A DNA stretch of 64,000 nt, from contig NC_134475.1 in assembly GCF_964194025.1 (NCBI RefSeq), positions 48,856,001 to 48,920,000 on the forward strand. Reading direction: 5' to 3'. Source of the DNA: Convolutriloba macropyga (lineage: Eukaryota). The notes under the pieces are model-generated. The model did no database searches and was not told the DNA's origin. It was given only the letters and a program-made list of their open reading frames with translations. Every line of letters starts with the position of its first letter. The first letter of the stretch is position 1. Below, in pieces: positions 27,201 through 42,200 of the stretch. Both the position numbers and the translations under genes were made by a program.

Positions 27201-30200
27201 AAAGCGGGTCACACACGCTTGTAAGAGAGCGGAAAAAATGGTTTATATTATAAATCCATGAATTTTTGGCGTACAGGTTTTTGCAAAAATGTTAGAAGAA
27301 TCAACTTCAACCTTATAAACAGACAACTTTTTCCAGAAAAGTGACAGAGGCTCGGGAATTGGTTGAAGCATGGAGCAATTTACAGTTAGAAGTTGACTTA
27401 TCCGACAGAGCAGAGAGACGAAATGAGCTTGTGGCCAAATATTACGATCAGTATTTAGGACATCTAGAAAGGCTGAGGTCAGGGAAAGGTGAGGCTCTTC
27501 AAAAATTTCACTTTTCATTAATTTTCACTGAAAAAAAAACATTTAGTTTGTTTAATCATTACTGTTAAGTCACTGGAGATGATAAATCTGCTTTTCCTAG
27601 TTTTCAATACAGATCTTATAAATTCATACAAAATTTCGCTGTGAGCTTGGTTTAGTTAATCTGTCATAACTTTTTTAGAAATTAAAGAGCATTCGCTGTG
27701 AGCTTGGTTTAGTTAATCTGTCATAATTTTTTTAGAAATTAAAGAGCATAAGCACTTGGAGCAGAAAAGTTTTTTAAAATCATTAAAGAAAAATTTATTC
27801 TCGATGAAAGACGGGTCAATAATCAGCGCTGGGAGTGGAACGTTATCGGGAAAAACACATCAAAGTCTCCATCTAAATTAATTTCAGTCCCAATTCTGCC
27901 CATTGAGTGTGAACAATGTCTTGAAGACCTCAAATCACCGCATCCTAGTCCACATATACAAGAGTACAAGCAGATGATGAGCTCCAGATTTGGCCAATCA
28001 CAAATGGGCTCAACAAATGCTGACGCTACAGATGTTAATGTGGCTGCATTTGATGAACTGACAAGCCACTTGGCAGCAACAATTGAGGAGCATGAACAAA
28101 AGTTGCAGAAGTTAGAGAAGCGACTGAAAGAGCTTTCAGCAGGGTAAGTTTAAAAAAGTTTGAAGAACACCTTTTAATTGCCCTCGACCTTTTAATTGCC
28201 CTTAATCATATGGCCATTTTCTTTTGATCGAATTTTCTTCTGACGGTTTTGACTTTTCGTCCTCAGAAATGGGATAAACCAAGCAGCTTTCTCAAAGAAC
28301 TGATAGTCTTTAAGTGTACAATTAGAAATATCGTCTAAGCCTCCTAGATATATTAAAATTGTTAAAGACAGTAAACTGTTCCAAATACCAAATGTTCGCC
28401 AGTAATTTGAGAGCAATTCGCCCGACATTAGTTGTTTTTATCGTGATTTAATGTTAGCCTTCCAGTTTCATTGAACTATCACGTCAATTTAATTTTGAGT
28501 TACAAAAAATCAACTTTGCTCAGTTCTTAAAGACGTAAGTCTCTGAGCAGTTAACGCAATGAATCATGCTGTTTCGTTTTAACTCTAAATCTTCTAATTT
28601 TTCTTTCTTATTCACTTTTTAAGACGAGGTCTGTCACAATAATTAAATATTCATCCTTTAATTGCTCTCAAACGAAGTTTCTAGCAATTATATTAGTCCT
28701 GTGGCCTTTTTATGCAATTTTTCGGTTGACCGATTGTTCTTCAGACCATTCGTCCTGGAAAAAGAGATGAACAGGTAGCGCTCAGAGGGCATTAAGTGGC
28801 CAAGCAGCTCTCTTAGAGACTTAATAGTCTCTAAGTATCCGATTAAACAAACTTGTTTTGAGGCGACCATTTCAGGGTGTGAGGGCGCACTTCTAAGTCT
28901 TAAGTTTGACCCCCTCAGTCACCCTCCACCCCACAGCACCTGAAACACCCGTCCACCCCTCCTTCAATCGGGCGATTTGGCCCACATCTCGTCTAGCTCT
29001 CGCACAAACCTATCCCCACCCCCACCCAATCCGCTCACATTCTCCCTCACCCAATGCTAGCATCCCTAAGCCCAAGCTTGCTACTAGCCAAGCTCATCAT
29101 TTAAGAGCAACTTGTCCGACGCTTAATTGCTCTCAAGCGAAGTTTGTAGCAATTATATTAGTCCTGTGGGTCTTTTTTATGCAATTTTTCGCTTGACCGA
29201 CTTTTCGTCTCACGCTTTTGACTTTTCGTCCTCAAAAACGGGATAAACTGGTAGTGACCAGTCGGCATTAAGTGCTCTTAGAGCGTTTCAGCTCAAACTG
29301 TTTTGGAGACTTCTTCTTATGGTGTGAAGGGGGACACACCCACTATTGTCCCCACCCCCCCCCCCACCGCAATGTTGCCCCCCCTTCCCATCCCACTGTT
29401 GCACCGCTCCCACCATCAGCCCCGCGGTGCAGCCCCCCCCCCCCTGGATAGCTACCGACGAACAACCGCTCGCTAAAACACGCAAATTTATACTTATTTT
29501 CAGAAATTTTTTCAAGCTTTTGGAAAATTTTTGTCATTTTTTGAGTTTTTTCAGCCCTAATTGTCAGGGAATTTCCTCTACGGTTTGATAGTAGGTTACT
29601 GCACAGTTTCTAAAGGTAGTGGAATGGTTTCAACATTTTAGCATTTTTTTTGACAAAACGTGCAATTTTTCAAGTTTTTTTGACATTTATTTTTTATTAT
29701 TCACGTCTTTCCAGAAGCAGGTGGCAGAAAACTTCCTTAGAGGTTTGATAATAAGTTACTGACAAAATTTTATTTGCACGGAATTGCTTTCAATTATTTA
29801 ATGACAAATGTTAGCAATTTTTTTGATAAAATTTTCTTTTTTCAAGTTTTTAGGGAACCTCCTCTAGGGTTTGACAATAGGTTACTGTATAGTTTCTAAA
29901 TGTAAAGGAATGACTTTCAGAAGAAACGAATTCTAGCATCTTTTTAACAAAACTTGCAATTTTTTTTTCAATTTTTCTTAATTTTTATTGGCGTTTTTCA
30001 GGTTCTTTATCCTAAAAGAAAATCTCCGTTAGGGTTTAATAATAGCTTACGGGCAAGTGCTTTTTGCCCATGGATTACTTCTCAATTTTTTATTATCAAA
30101 TATTTTTGCAGTTTTTGGATAAAATTTGCAACTTTTTTTAGTTTTTTGATATTTTTGTCACTCTCTAGATTTCTTTATCCTCAAGAGCCATTTAACCTCC

Positions 30201-33200
30201 CCTGAAATGTGATAGAAGGTTACTGCAAAGTTTCTAGATGAAATGGAATGTTCTTCAAGATCGAAAAAAAATCATCAAGAACTTAGCAATTTTTTGAAAA
30301 TATTTGCAATTTTAGATATTTTGAATCTTTTTGAATTTTTTCCGGCACGAGTCCTATGGACCTGCTCAAGGTTGGATAATCAGCTGTTGCATAGTTTCTA
30401 GAGTTAATGAAGTGCTTATCAATATTTTAATGACTCCCGCTGTATCAATTTTTTGATAAAACTTATTTTTTTTTAATTTTCGGAAAATTATTATCATGAT
30501 GCAAGTTTATGAATCTTTACGAGCCAGTGAAACTATTAGAAGCTTGAAATATTGATACTCGATAGTCTCTCGAGACAATAAATTGATTTTGAAGATTTTG
30601 ATATCTTTAATTCGAGCAAGATTTTGTTTAACGGTCATTACTGGCCAACTAAACTTTTTAAGTCTTGCAGATGGGCTACATGACAGATCTTTACCGACAA
30701 AAAATGGTTTAGAACATTTTCACTGCGAAATCTGGAAATTTTTTAAATTTCGCAATGCTTTGCAAATTTTTAAATTATCAGTTTTTTATTTGATATATTT
30801 ACTAATAAGGCTGGAAAACTAAAAGTTGCATAGTCGAATCAAGCTGAAGCTAGCTTCAATAAACCATGGCTAGCTACTGACGAAGCCAACCGATCGCCGG
30901 TTGTTTGAGTGCAATTCGCCCGACGTTAGTCGGTTATGTTAGTCGGTTATGTTAGTCGGTTACGATAGTCGGTCATGATCCTTTTGCTTGATGGTTTTTT
31001 TTGTCTAACCTACTTGCAATGCTGCAGAGATAAATTGGTTAAGGACGAGGATATTTAATCGCGATGGATAGATAGATGCTCTTCATTAAGACGTCTCACA
31101 TTTTGTGCCCTCATTTTTTCGCTCTCTATTAGTCAGATCTTTCTTAGTCAACTAAAGTAGTCCATTCTATATTAGTTGGTTAAAATTTCCCTTTTAAACA
31201 TTCAATGATTATAAAAAACCCCGTCATCCTCTAAGTCGTCTATTATTGCGCTCTTATTTTTTTCTTAGATTTTGCGTACTACAATCTTTTCGTCTGATCA
31301 TTTTTTGTCTTAACATTTAACTTTTTGTGCGCAAAATCGGAATAAACCGGTAGGGTCAGGAGGGCATTAATTCTCTAAGAGACCTACTACTCACTAGCCT
31401 CAAGTATTCGATTTACCAAATCTGTTCCCTTCGCGATCTTTATAAGGAGGACACGGTAATAAAAACAAATCAGCAAGGTGAATTTCAATTATCTCTAACA
31501 ACTCACGAAAGGTAATCTCATTTGTTTAATTCTCAAGCAAAGTTTATACTAATTATTAATAGCCGCCGTCAGCCTCTCAAACGGCTATTATTCAGGCCCT
31601 CTCCTTTTTTTAAATCACTTTACCTTTTGATCACGTTTTTCGTTTTGCATAAGTCGCAATTTTGAGGTTTGATTTCTGATTTACTTCACTCACTGTTTCA
31701 ACTGAATGGATTTTAAATTCTCTCAAGCATTGAGTTGCGTAATTAAGTGAATACGGTCAAAAAAGCAAAAGCAAAAGAAACGGGATAATCCGATAAAACC
31801 CGGTCATCAAGTCTTTTTCAATTAGGATATCGAAATTCAATAGAGCGATTGCTAGCTGATATTAGTATTAAGCTTAATACCCTTCAGTTTAGAAGCTGAA
31901 GTAAGTATAGGTTTAGAATCTAACTGAAACTGCACACTGAATTAGAAGAATTTTTGAAACTTGGGAAAATTTTGTCAATTTCAAACTCAAACTCGTCTTT
32001 TTTTTTTCTTTTAATACCGATGTGCGTCTGGTGCGTCCACGGCAATCTTAATTTTCCTGCAATCTGCCGGTTATGTTTTTAGTTGAGTGGTCTTTCTACG
32101 ACTCGGAGAGGAGTAGTGGTATTACTCATATCTTTTAGCTGAAGCAAGTTTCTTCATGACTTGAAGTTTGACTTTTTCGAATATTTACCTCTACTTTTGA
32201 AAGTTGAATTATGTTTTCGAACATTGGACATTCACAATAGCTTAGTTTGTAATGCATAGTAATTAGGAACAATTGCTCAATAATTGTCCCAAAGTCTTCA
32301 GTAACAAGGGAATTCTTGGATCGCCCAGCACGCTTTGCACCCCACCCCCAGTTACCGAGATCGATTCATTACACAGTAAATAATTAAGAAAAATGATGGC
32401 ACGTGCGTCGGGAGGTAAAAGTAGTATGCACCCATTAAGAAGGGGGAGCGGCGCATTCTGAGAAAAATTTGAATTTTTAATTTAATTCGAAAAACTATTC
32501 CTTTTGTGAAAATGCATATCAGGTATTATTCCAAATAACGTTTCATTTCAGGCGGAACAACTCAGTACAACATACTGATGAGTTGGAGCAGGTAACAGAT
32601 CTTAATCTTTTATCTCGATAGTTACCCAAACCTGCACTTGAACTGGTATGCTACTCACATAAATTTGTATTACGTGAATAAACAGAACATGGGAACAATT
32701 TTGGATCGTTTTTGTTGGTATTGAAAACTGTTCTGATTTCTGAGGTGTCATTTTCATTTTTTTAATCAACTCTCGTTGCGATTACAACAGTTGCATAACT
32801 TACCGATTGAACCTTTTAGATTATCCTTTTCCGCCACCGTTGCTATATGAAGAGTGGTGGAAAAAAGATAGGCTCGGGGATAGTTGATTTAGAACACCAC
32901 ACGGTTGTTACAGCTGTTCCGAGGTTATTGATATCTTCTCGATGAAATAACAACCGTGGAAATATTCATTCGTTTCTGCTAATCAGCTTAACCATTTAAA
33001 TTTCTCCCAGGAAACAATTTCGCTACATTTTCTGCAGGATCCCATAAACGATGTTGAAACATGTAACAATAACAATTCGTGGCCTGGCACTCAATCCACG
33101 GTCCACGTTCCTTCAAAAGATCTCAACATGAAGGAAACTGTACAGAAAACTAATGAGCAAGGGGGTTATCAACTATCACTTGACACCTCGTCAAGGTAAG

Positions 33201-36200
33201 CTTTCATTTGTGTCAATTGACGTGATCAATTTCTTTCGCCTTATGTTCTTTCGCTCGCTTTACTGATTTGATTTTTCGTCAAAAGAATGGGATAAATAGG
33301 TGAAGGCATTAAGTGGAGCAGCTCTTTTGGAGCTTTGATAAGGAGCAGCCGAGGAACTCTTGGGGAGTCAAAATTTCATGGTATAAAGAGCGATTTTTAA
33401 AGGTTCATACCCCGCTTTTATTCTTACCAATTGAAGCTAGCCGCTTACACTCAAGCTAACTACAGACAGAACCTACACTCGCTGAGCTGATATTTTCAAT
33501 TTCTCGCGAATGAAATATGAAGCAATTATTGTAAACGTATCTTCTTGACGCAAAACTTTCGATGGACAGTTTTGATTTTTTTATAGAACAATCTACCGCT
33601 CGCTTGAGCAGTATAAGTTAACTTTCCGGTATCAAAAACATAAAAAAAACTGGTTAAGCCTGAGAGCATTAAATGCCTGAGCACCTTTCTTAGAGCTTTA
33701 GTAGTCTCTAATCAACGCTATTATAGGAGATCTGTATTCGCCGTGATCTGCGCTAATACATGCTGCGTGCTCTCAATTCAGCAATAAACCAATTAAGTTG
33801 GAAAATGATTAGAAATTCCATTATACCGTGCCATTTGTGTTGGCAGGTATTTGGTAACAGATGATTGGCTTAAATTTGCGGTAGACGATTCAACATTGTA
33901 CACACAGCAACAGCCAACTGATCCAAAACTATCTGGTCACGAAGGTAAATAATACTGCCAATTTTCTATTGATCAATGATTTATAGCCTTGCAAGGTAAG
34001 CACTGCTCGAGTTTTTTTTTTAGAACCTTGCAAGATCATCAGTCCTCGACCCACCATCATTAAAGGCTCAACAAAACGCTGAAATCGAAGATAATTCAAA
34101 GATTTGAATTCTCATTAATTGCTCTCAAATGAGGTTTATAGCAATTTTAGTTCTGCTGGTCTTTTTAAGCAAATTTTTCGTATGACCATTTGACTTTTCG
34201 ACATCTGAAACGGGATAAACAGGTGAGGCCTGGAGGACATTAAGTTTCTCTTAGAGCCTTACGGTTTACTAGTCTAAGTACGCGATTCACCGAAACTGTT
34301 TAAGAGACAACTCATGGCGTGAGGGTCGGTTCATAGAGTTGACAAAATTTCGATATAATCAGGACGGCATCAGAAAGGGCCCGCAGAAAGTGTTGTAAGT
34401 TAATGATAAACTTATAAGAATATTGAAGAAACTGTAAGATCAAAGTTTACCATCCGGTCTCGACTCGGATACGAAGCTTGAGCAATGTAGCCCTGTTAAA
34501 TGAGCAGCATTCATACAATAAACACTAATAAATTACACAAGAATTGGCGACCACGCAAGCTTTGCAAAGTTTATTCAATGGTGTGGTTATTCAAGGGCTT
34601 ATAGATCTGCGCAGACCTAATCAGGTGGGGATAAAATTTGTCATAGGTTTTCGGTCTCCCGTCTCATCGCCAGATTGGCAAAATTTTCGCTCGACCGTTT
34701 TTGCGCTTTCTGTTCTGGAAGATTCTTTGATTTCACTTCTGCATTGACTTGTTCAAGCTTGAATTGATTTTTGCGTGATATAAACTGCTATTATACATAA
34801 ATTAAGTTTGTTACCAAAACAAAAGCTATTACAAGGCTCTGATAGCCGAGTAGTTTATGCTTCAGTACAGCACGGCGGATGAAGGGGATTTCAACCCGTC
34901 CCAATTTAGAATTTTTGCACCCATAAAATTTTATCTTGTCTACAGCCTCCTTTGAGTTAAATTGCCCCACCTGGAAGTTTGTCCAATGTTAGTCGATTTA
35001 TGTTTCACCACATTTGTAACCAATCTGAACTCTGGATGTCCAATTTGCTCTCGAGAAAAAGAGCAATCGTGGTATAAATATGCTTCTATTTCTAAAGAAA
35101 TATTGGACCAAAAAAGAACAAGCAACATTGAATTCACCAATCTCCCATAACTATTTTCAATACATAAATAAATTCATCTTTTCTTTCTATTTACAAATTA
35201 GACGAAATATTCAAAGAGAAAATTCAGCTTTACAGGGGCTAGTTACTTCATGCAACTCTATAATTCCATTTTGCTGAAATTTTGCTTTTTTTATTAAGAA
35301 AATATATCGATAACAAATCGCATGATATTTTATACTTGATTAAACTCCGATCATTTGAAATCATGACAGACGTAAATAACTGCGATATTCGCAAAGTTCA
35401 GAAATTGTTACGAAATTCAGCTAGTTTGAACTTATTCCATAATCTATCAATTCAGAAAACAGCTGTCATTCGATGTAGTTAGTGACCCCATAACATATTG
35501 TGACCGTAATATTGGCTCCAGGACAAATATTAAGTAACTCAGGCAATAACTTGTAACCGGGAAGTATATCGTGAACGCAGTCCTCCAAACAATTTCAGAA
35601 CTAAATTCGAGAACACAAAATAATGCAGCTCCGGAATGAGCGTCCATTGGTAAACTAATAACCGACATAATTGGCATGCAATAAATGAGACTTCTTAGAA
35701 TAAATTGAAAGATTGAGGAGACGAATCAGAGTTAAATTTTCAAATGATGACAGAAATTTGCAGCAGAAGACTTTGTAAATGCTGCTCTTTTTGATAACGA
35801 AGACCGAATTTGGAGCTAAATAGAGAGAAAATTGATAATTTTTGCAGCTGATGACTGCAACATCTGTTCTTCTAACGCTAGAATGCCTTCTAACGGTTAA
35901 GCACTTGCAGAATAGTGAGAATGTAGAGGAATATATTGATAATGTCCAAGTAGAGGTTGATAGCCGCAAAGATGTACTCCTCAGGGCTGATCGTGTACCT
36001 GTGATTTCCCCCAATCATCATTTGGGTGTCTATCACCAGGTAGGCAGAGAACACCAGAGCTCCGAGGGATCCATAAACCGCAGTCAGAATGTCATTTGGG
36101 AAAATGATGGCGATTATGCCGAAAACAAGCAAGCAGATCAGTAGAACGAAAAGTAATCCGCTATAAACTGTGAAGTCGATTTTGGTTTGGAAGGCGAATA

Positions 36201-39200
36201 AAGTGAGTGATAGAGCAACCACAGCTGTGACTGTAATAGCCACCAGCACGATCTTCGTATCGTATTGGCTTGATATAACTCCCAGCAAGAAACTCTCGCA
36301 AATTGTGAACAGCCCAAGCAATATAAAATTTATGGGCGTTTTGCGTCGAAGGCTTTCAACGCAAACTAAAGCAATCAGTAACCCAAACGTTAGAATAATC
36401 GCAACAATAAGCATCCATGCTTGGTCCGCGACATAGTCTTTTACAGGTTCGCTGAATACGAACAGAGCTATAAACCCCAGAGTGATTAGTAATTGCACAG
36501 ACAAAATTGCGTATACTTTGCGAATAAATCCGTGACGAACGGAGGTTTCGTCAAAACTCCCAAAAGAGTTGTCGACCAGAGGCGTTTCACTGTCGTACAT
36601 GGCTGCTCTATTCTATATTACTCACTAATGCAGCATTAAATTAGAGAACGTCTATGTTGAGTTTTGACCATTCAGTAAAATCTGAAATAAAAATTTACTA
36701 GGACTAATAAAAAATTCGTCTCGGATGCAAATTAAAACTCGATATGGTAAAGTCGAGAGAAAATGAAGCAAATGCTTATTAAAAACAGTATAAACGACTA
36801 GTAAATAATGCGTTGTTTTATTGAACAGAGAAAGTTAGTTATTCAAGCCTGTTTGGAGAGCGAACTTAATTAAAACGCATTAGAATGACTTTCAAATTTT
36901 TATTAACCGTGCCACGCTTCTATTACAAACGAAAATTCTTTAAAACTAAGATTATGAAGCGCGTCATGTGTCTGTGAAAATATTTCCTGTATGGAGAAAA
37001 ACGTGAATGCCAGTAGGGTGCCGAAGGAGTAGACGCATTTAATAGTACTTGTGGAAGCTTTAGTGATATAAACCTGTGGTTCAAAACTCCCAATAATTGC
37101 TCTGCACAACATTAATTTATGGTCTCCTCGGCAGTTGCGGTTAATCACGTGCTCAGACAGAAATAAAGCCCGAACAGCACTACTCAGCAACTTAATGTTC
37201 TCAGGATTTCACAGTTTTTCTAGACAAAGCGGTAAAAAAAATTGTCACATAGAGGAAAAATCGCATTAAAATAGACCAGCAGGACTAAAATAATTGAGAG
37301 ATTGAGAGCAATTAAAAATCTTGAAAATTCAAAAAATGATCAAAACTATTGAAGAAATCATGATGGAAATAAATAAGAATGAACTTTTTGAAGTTGAAAA
37401 CGAACCTGAAAAGAGAGGCGACGGATAATTTTAGCCACGGGCAAAACGCTAAAATTTGAACAAACGATCACAATTCTTTGATCTCGAGTACGCTTTAGCA
37501 AACGCTTCAAAAATTATCAGTGATTATTAAAAAAAAACATTTTCCTTTGAAGGCAAAAAATATCCTATTTTAGCGCCAAAAAGAAAAAAAATCTTTTAAA
37601 TTATCATTTTGCAGATTTCTTGAACAAGAAAACACCTCTCACTACTTTAAACAAGGTTAAAACAGAGAGAGCTGAGACCGCAGAGCTTAGAACATTTGCA
37701 ACTTTAATAAATTATATGAAATTACTAGTCATCGGATAAATAGCAGAAACATTTTCGCCAACCCGAAAAGGCCCAATAGTACGATGGAACACGTTTATCA
37801 AAAAAGAAATCAGATCACAGTTAGAAAAATATTTCTTCACTGCTTTTCCATGAAAACGTTGTGTATTATATTATAGTTGCTAATATGAAGCCCATCTGTT
37901 AAATATTCCTCTATAATGTTGGATATTCATAATTAACAGGAGTCGAGGATATTGAGGAGGAGGAGGATGTGGATATGCCTGCCCCGATCAGAAGTGTGTT
38001 CCTCTCTAACCTGGTGTGGGACGACGACGGGGATGTTGGAAAGAGAGTGGACTGGCAACTGAGACAGTACCAGAAGATGGCGTACAAACCTAGAAACAGG
38101 TCCTAACAGACACACTTTAAATACCTATTCGGATATGAAATAACATGGCGGTTTACATGACAAAATATTCAAAAGTTTCCATTTTTTTCACAAACGCTGC
38201 TATGAATAGCTAGCAGCCAGTGGACTAAAATGGAATGACTGTACGCATGAGAGTCCGACTCCATTAATTATAATTAAAAGCACATTGACTCTCTATTTAA
38301 CCAGAACTGTGCCCATTTCCGGTACATAACACTCATGTCGATTAGGGAATCAATGTTCTTCAAAGTAAAAGTCAGCTGGAAAAAATGACTCTTTTGTATT
38401 AAAAGACTAACATTCACTAAATGCTTAAACGCTTGAACTGGCAACAGAACGCACGTTGAGAAAACCAGAAAATCACGCAGACATGTTTTCTTACAGATGG
38501 TCTCCTAAAATCACCATACCTCAGCCCTTCAATATGACCATAAGGGAGTACACTAGACCCAAGAGCGAAACATATGCTCAACAGCGGATGGAGAAAATCA
38601 AGGAAGCACAGTTAGTAATTCAGTTGAATACCAGCGCGCTGTTCACCACCTCCAAGCTTTAACATTTTAGAGATGCAGAGCTGAAAGTAAGAATTAGACC
38701 TACAGACGTACCGAAAAGCACAACTCTTCCAAAATTTCAACGCATCATGGAGGAAAAGCAAAAGCGCAGCGTTCAGGTAAAATCTAAAATAAACTCATGA
38801 GTAGACTCACGCATGGCATTAGCTTCGATTATTAATTTCTCTCAAACAAAGTTTGAGAGCAATTAACCCCATAACCATCACCACCACCGCGCTAACCACT
38901 CAATAAGCTCGAAGCCAACCGCTCGCCAGTCGTTTGCGAGCAATTTGCCCTACGCTAGTCGGTTATGTTCAATATAATTTGCAATGACTTTGCTATGCAT
39001 TTATGCTAACGTCTTCAGCAAAGTCATAATTCCAGCTAAAATTCAACTGTAATCTATTACAGCAAAATTTTCATATCATCACAAGAATTTCACAACAAAA
39101 AGCAGACTAACACATATATATGAACCATTTCATTCTCTAAATTTATCTTTGAACAACTCTAACCTATTGTTAACAATACTTCACCTTCACCAAAATAAAT

Positions 39201-42200
39201 GAGAAAAACAACTAAAATTTATAAAAAGCCGGAAGAAAATGCACTGTCGCAAAAGATAGCGCAGTTTCAAAATAAAACGCAATTCGTCAAATACACTTGT
39301 ACAAAATATAACTCATTGATAGAAAAGGGCTTATAAAATTCCAGAACACCTCCATAAAAGGTGATGAAGGTTACTGAAACATGAAAAAATCAAATGATGA
39401 AGAAAACATGAAGAAAATTGGCTCGACAAATTAATGCAATAATGAATAAATCGAGTATTTAGTAGCATCAACATTGCAAAGCTGGCAAACAAAGCAGTGC
39501 CTATCGATTAGACCATTTAAGCCTACAGCGGTTAAATAACAAATAAACATATTGAAGTGATAAATCAATGAGACAAAAAAAAATCAGAACTCAATTCAAG
39601 ATGGATACATACCGAAAAACGACTGTCAAAATCTCTGACGTAAAAAAGAGTTAAGGTGTATTGATAAGTTCAGAACAGAAATTTTTGTTGCTTGTGCAAA
39701 ATCGGTTCAGTAAGATAGATACTAGCACAGACAAAAACGAGAAAATTTTAGACACTGTATTTTTACATGAACATTTCCCATATTTTTAATACACTTATGG
39801 GGGTATTCCTAAGACGAATACATTTTGGCTATAGTTGTGAATCTATCAACTAGCATTTCAGATTGTTTGAAATTTCTTTGTTTGAAAAGTCAGCTTCAGA
39901 ATCGTCAGTTCCGTTATACAAAACGTTACCGCTAAGGAAAAAAGTATGTATACATCTTTGGCCTCTCCGTAGGGAGAGGACATTGAAATTAACAATCTCT
40001 AATTCAAGAGCATGTGAGTCGGCTACCATTAGATGCCTCTTGGGTGCAGGTTTGAGTATATCATATCTAATGTGTAACAAACAAAACTTCCTTTTAAAAC
40101 CTTGCCATTAGAAGTCTTCAGTACAAAGCGAACATATCATTCTAATTTGAAAAGAAAACTTCTGGCACCAGCAAAATTCGGTCCCTAGCTTTTCAAACTA
40201 AAGTGGAACTACAGAGTCATTGCGTTCAAATAAAGAATTTGAAGAGTAAAAATACTGCTCAGCAAAATCTTAGTCAAGCTTTGGCAAAAACTTAACTATC
40301 ATTGCGAACAAGCTAAACAGGCAACAAAAGACGCACAGACACCTCGAATTTAATAAAAACCTCAGACTGACTGTAAATCCGAAGGCAAGGTGATGTTGGT
40401 ATCACATCAAAAAGGACATCAGTCCAGCAAAAAATTCTCATGAGGGGATTCATCTACACCGCTATGTTGGTATATGAAGGCTGGAACCAAGAATGAAGTG
40501 GTTATCAGATCATAGAAGCAGGAGGCCGCTTGCTTCAAACTCGATGCGGCTAAGCATCAGAAGGGCTAAAAAGAGCATGACCAACAGACCTTTACGGGTT
40601 TGCTTGCGTTAACAGTAAACAATTATTTGTTTCTGGCGTACGAAGGTATTCAAAGCTCCTACCACTTCTCAATTGATATTGTAAGTCTAAGAATATTATT
40701 ATTATGTGCTGAGACAGAGACAGATGTCTAGCCATGTTGTGTCAAAAACGTATTTCTTATACTATAAAAGTGGCTGAACCATAGAAACCTCTCGAAACTT
40801 GTCTCATAGAAAACTTGGAACTTTCCCATCAGAGCCCCCCCATTGTGGTATATTTCCCAAGATTGGCGGGCTATAGGTTATCCGACAACTAAGCTGGGGG
40901 CGAGGCCTATTGTTGTTGTGGCTTGATGTAGGGAACGTCTCCCCTTTCACAGTTAGATTGGCCGAAGAGGACGGCAGTTCGAACAATCGCAGCAGATTTT
41001 CCATGTGGATCCTAACGATACTTCTCCCGCACTTTGATACACGAGGTTCAGCAGTCAAATTTTGAATCCAGTCTGCTCTTGTTGAGATCGTTAGGTAACT
41101 TGTTCGCAATTCTTTCTGTATTGAAAAAGAAACTGGCGGGAGACTTCTGATACTTTGCTTATCCAAATCACAGAACTCTAGGAACGCACTTTAGTCACAG
41201 TGGTATGCCTCATTGCAAATTTTTGATAAAAGCAGCGATCGGAGGAACATGGGCACACGGAGTAGATAAGCGAATTTCAAGCTGGTCTGGTAATCAGTAT
41301 TTCCGTAGTTGAATGTCCATTTGGTACCACGTTTCTGAAAAGCTTCCACTATTCGGCAGTCGATGCGGGATAGAAACCAACGCATGCTTACAAAAGTGAT
41401 AATGGGCAATATAAACGATTTATATACAAAACCGGGATTTCCAACCCACACCTTGTGGCACGTTTCCTTGGACTATACAGAACACCGAATTAGCTTTTGA
41501 AAGTCTTTTCTAAGCGTTATTATGAAAAGATAGGTAAGTTTTGACTGCATTTCCGAGATATTTCACAATTAATAAACTAGTAATTGGCTCTCCGTAGAGG
41601 TATAAGCATACTGGACTTCGTTGAAAGTTGACTACGAAGCATTTCTTCGACGCTAAATGCATTCCATTTTTCTCTACCCAAGATTCAAATTTAAGGATAT
41701 CTTTCTGCAACTACGAGAGATTGGTGTACCTTGTGGTACACCGCTCATGACCAATGAATCCCACTCCACTATCAAATCGAACAAACTGACGATTTGATAA
41801 AAAAAATTTTTGATGATTCAATGAAGCTGGCCTCTGATACCAAAAGCGTACAGTTCAGTCAACAGTAACTTGTGCGCAAACTTATCGAACGCTTTTGCAA
41901 GATCACTGAAGAACGTTGATACTGTTTTCAACTTCTCATCCATACATTTGTAGATAGCATAAAAGAGTCGATTTGTGAAGATAGAACGTTTTTTTGTGAA
42001 ACCATGCAGATGAATACTCAACCTGGTGATATCGTGAATATAGGCGCTGTCGTAGATACATTACTCAAGAACTTTGGAAGCAATATTCAATAAGGTGACT
42101 GGCCTGTAATTGCTACCTTCGGTAGGTGATCCTGATTTGAGCAGCGGCGAGATAGCATCAACCTTCCAAAATGAAGGGAAACTTCGCTTCCACTGCACCT

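Noticed and set aside
28906-29588. Pro/Gly-rich ORFs
   Set aside because: They arise from C-rich low-complexity tracts inside HINE-like family 3 elements.
34835-34905. tRNA-like sequence (A- and B-box-like)
   Set aside because: B box is degenerate and no cloverleaf can be drawn; at most an old SINE head.
35842-36436. Plus-strand ORFs overlapping the Lifeguard gene
   Set aside because: Antisense shadows of the real CDS.
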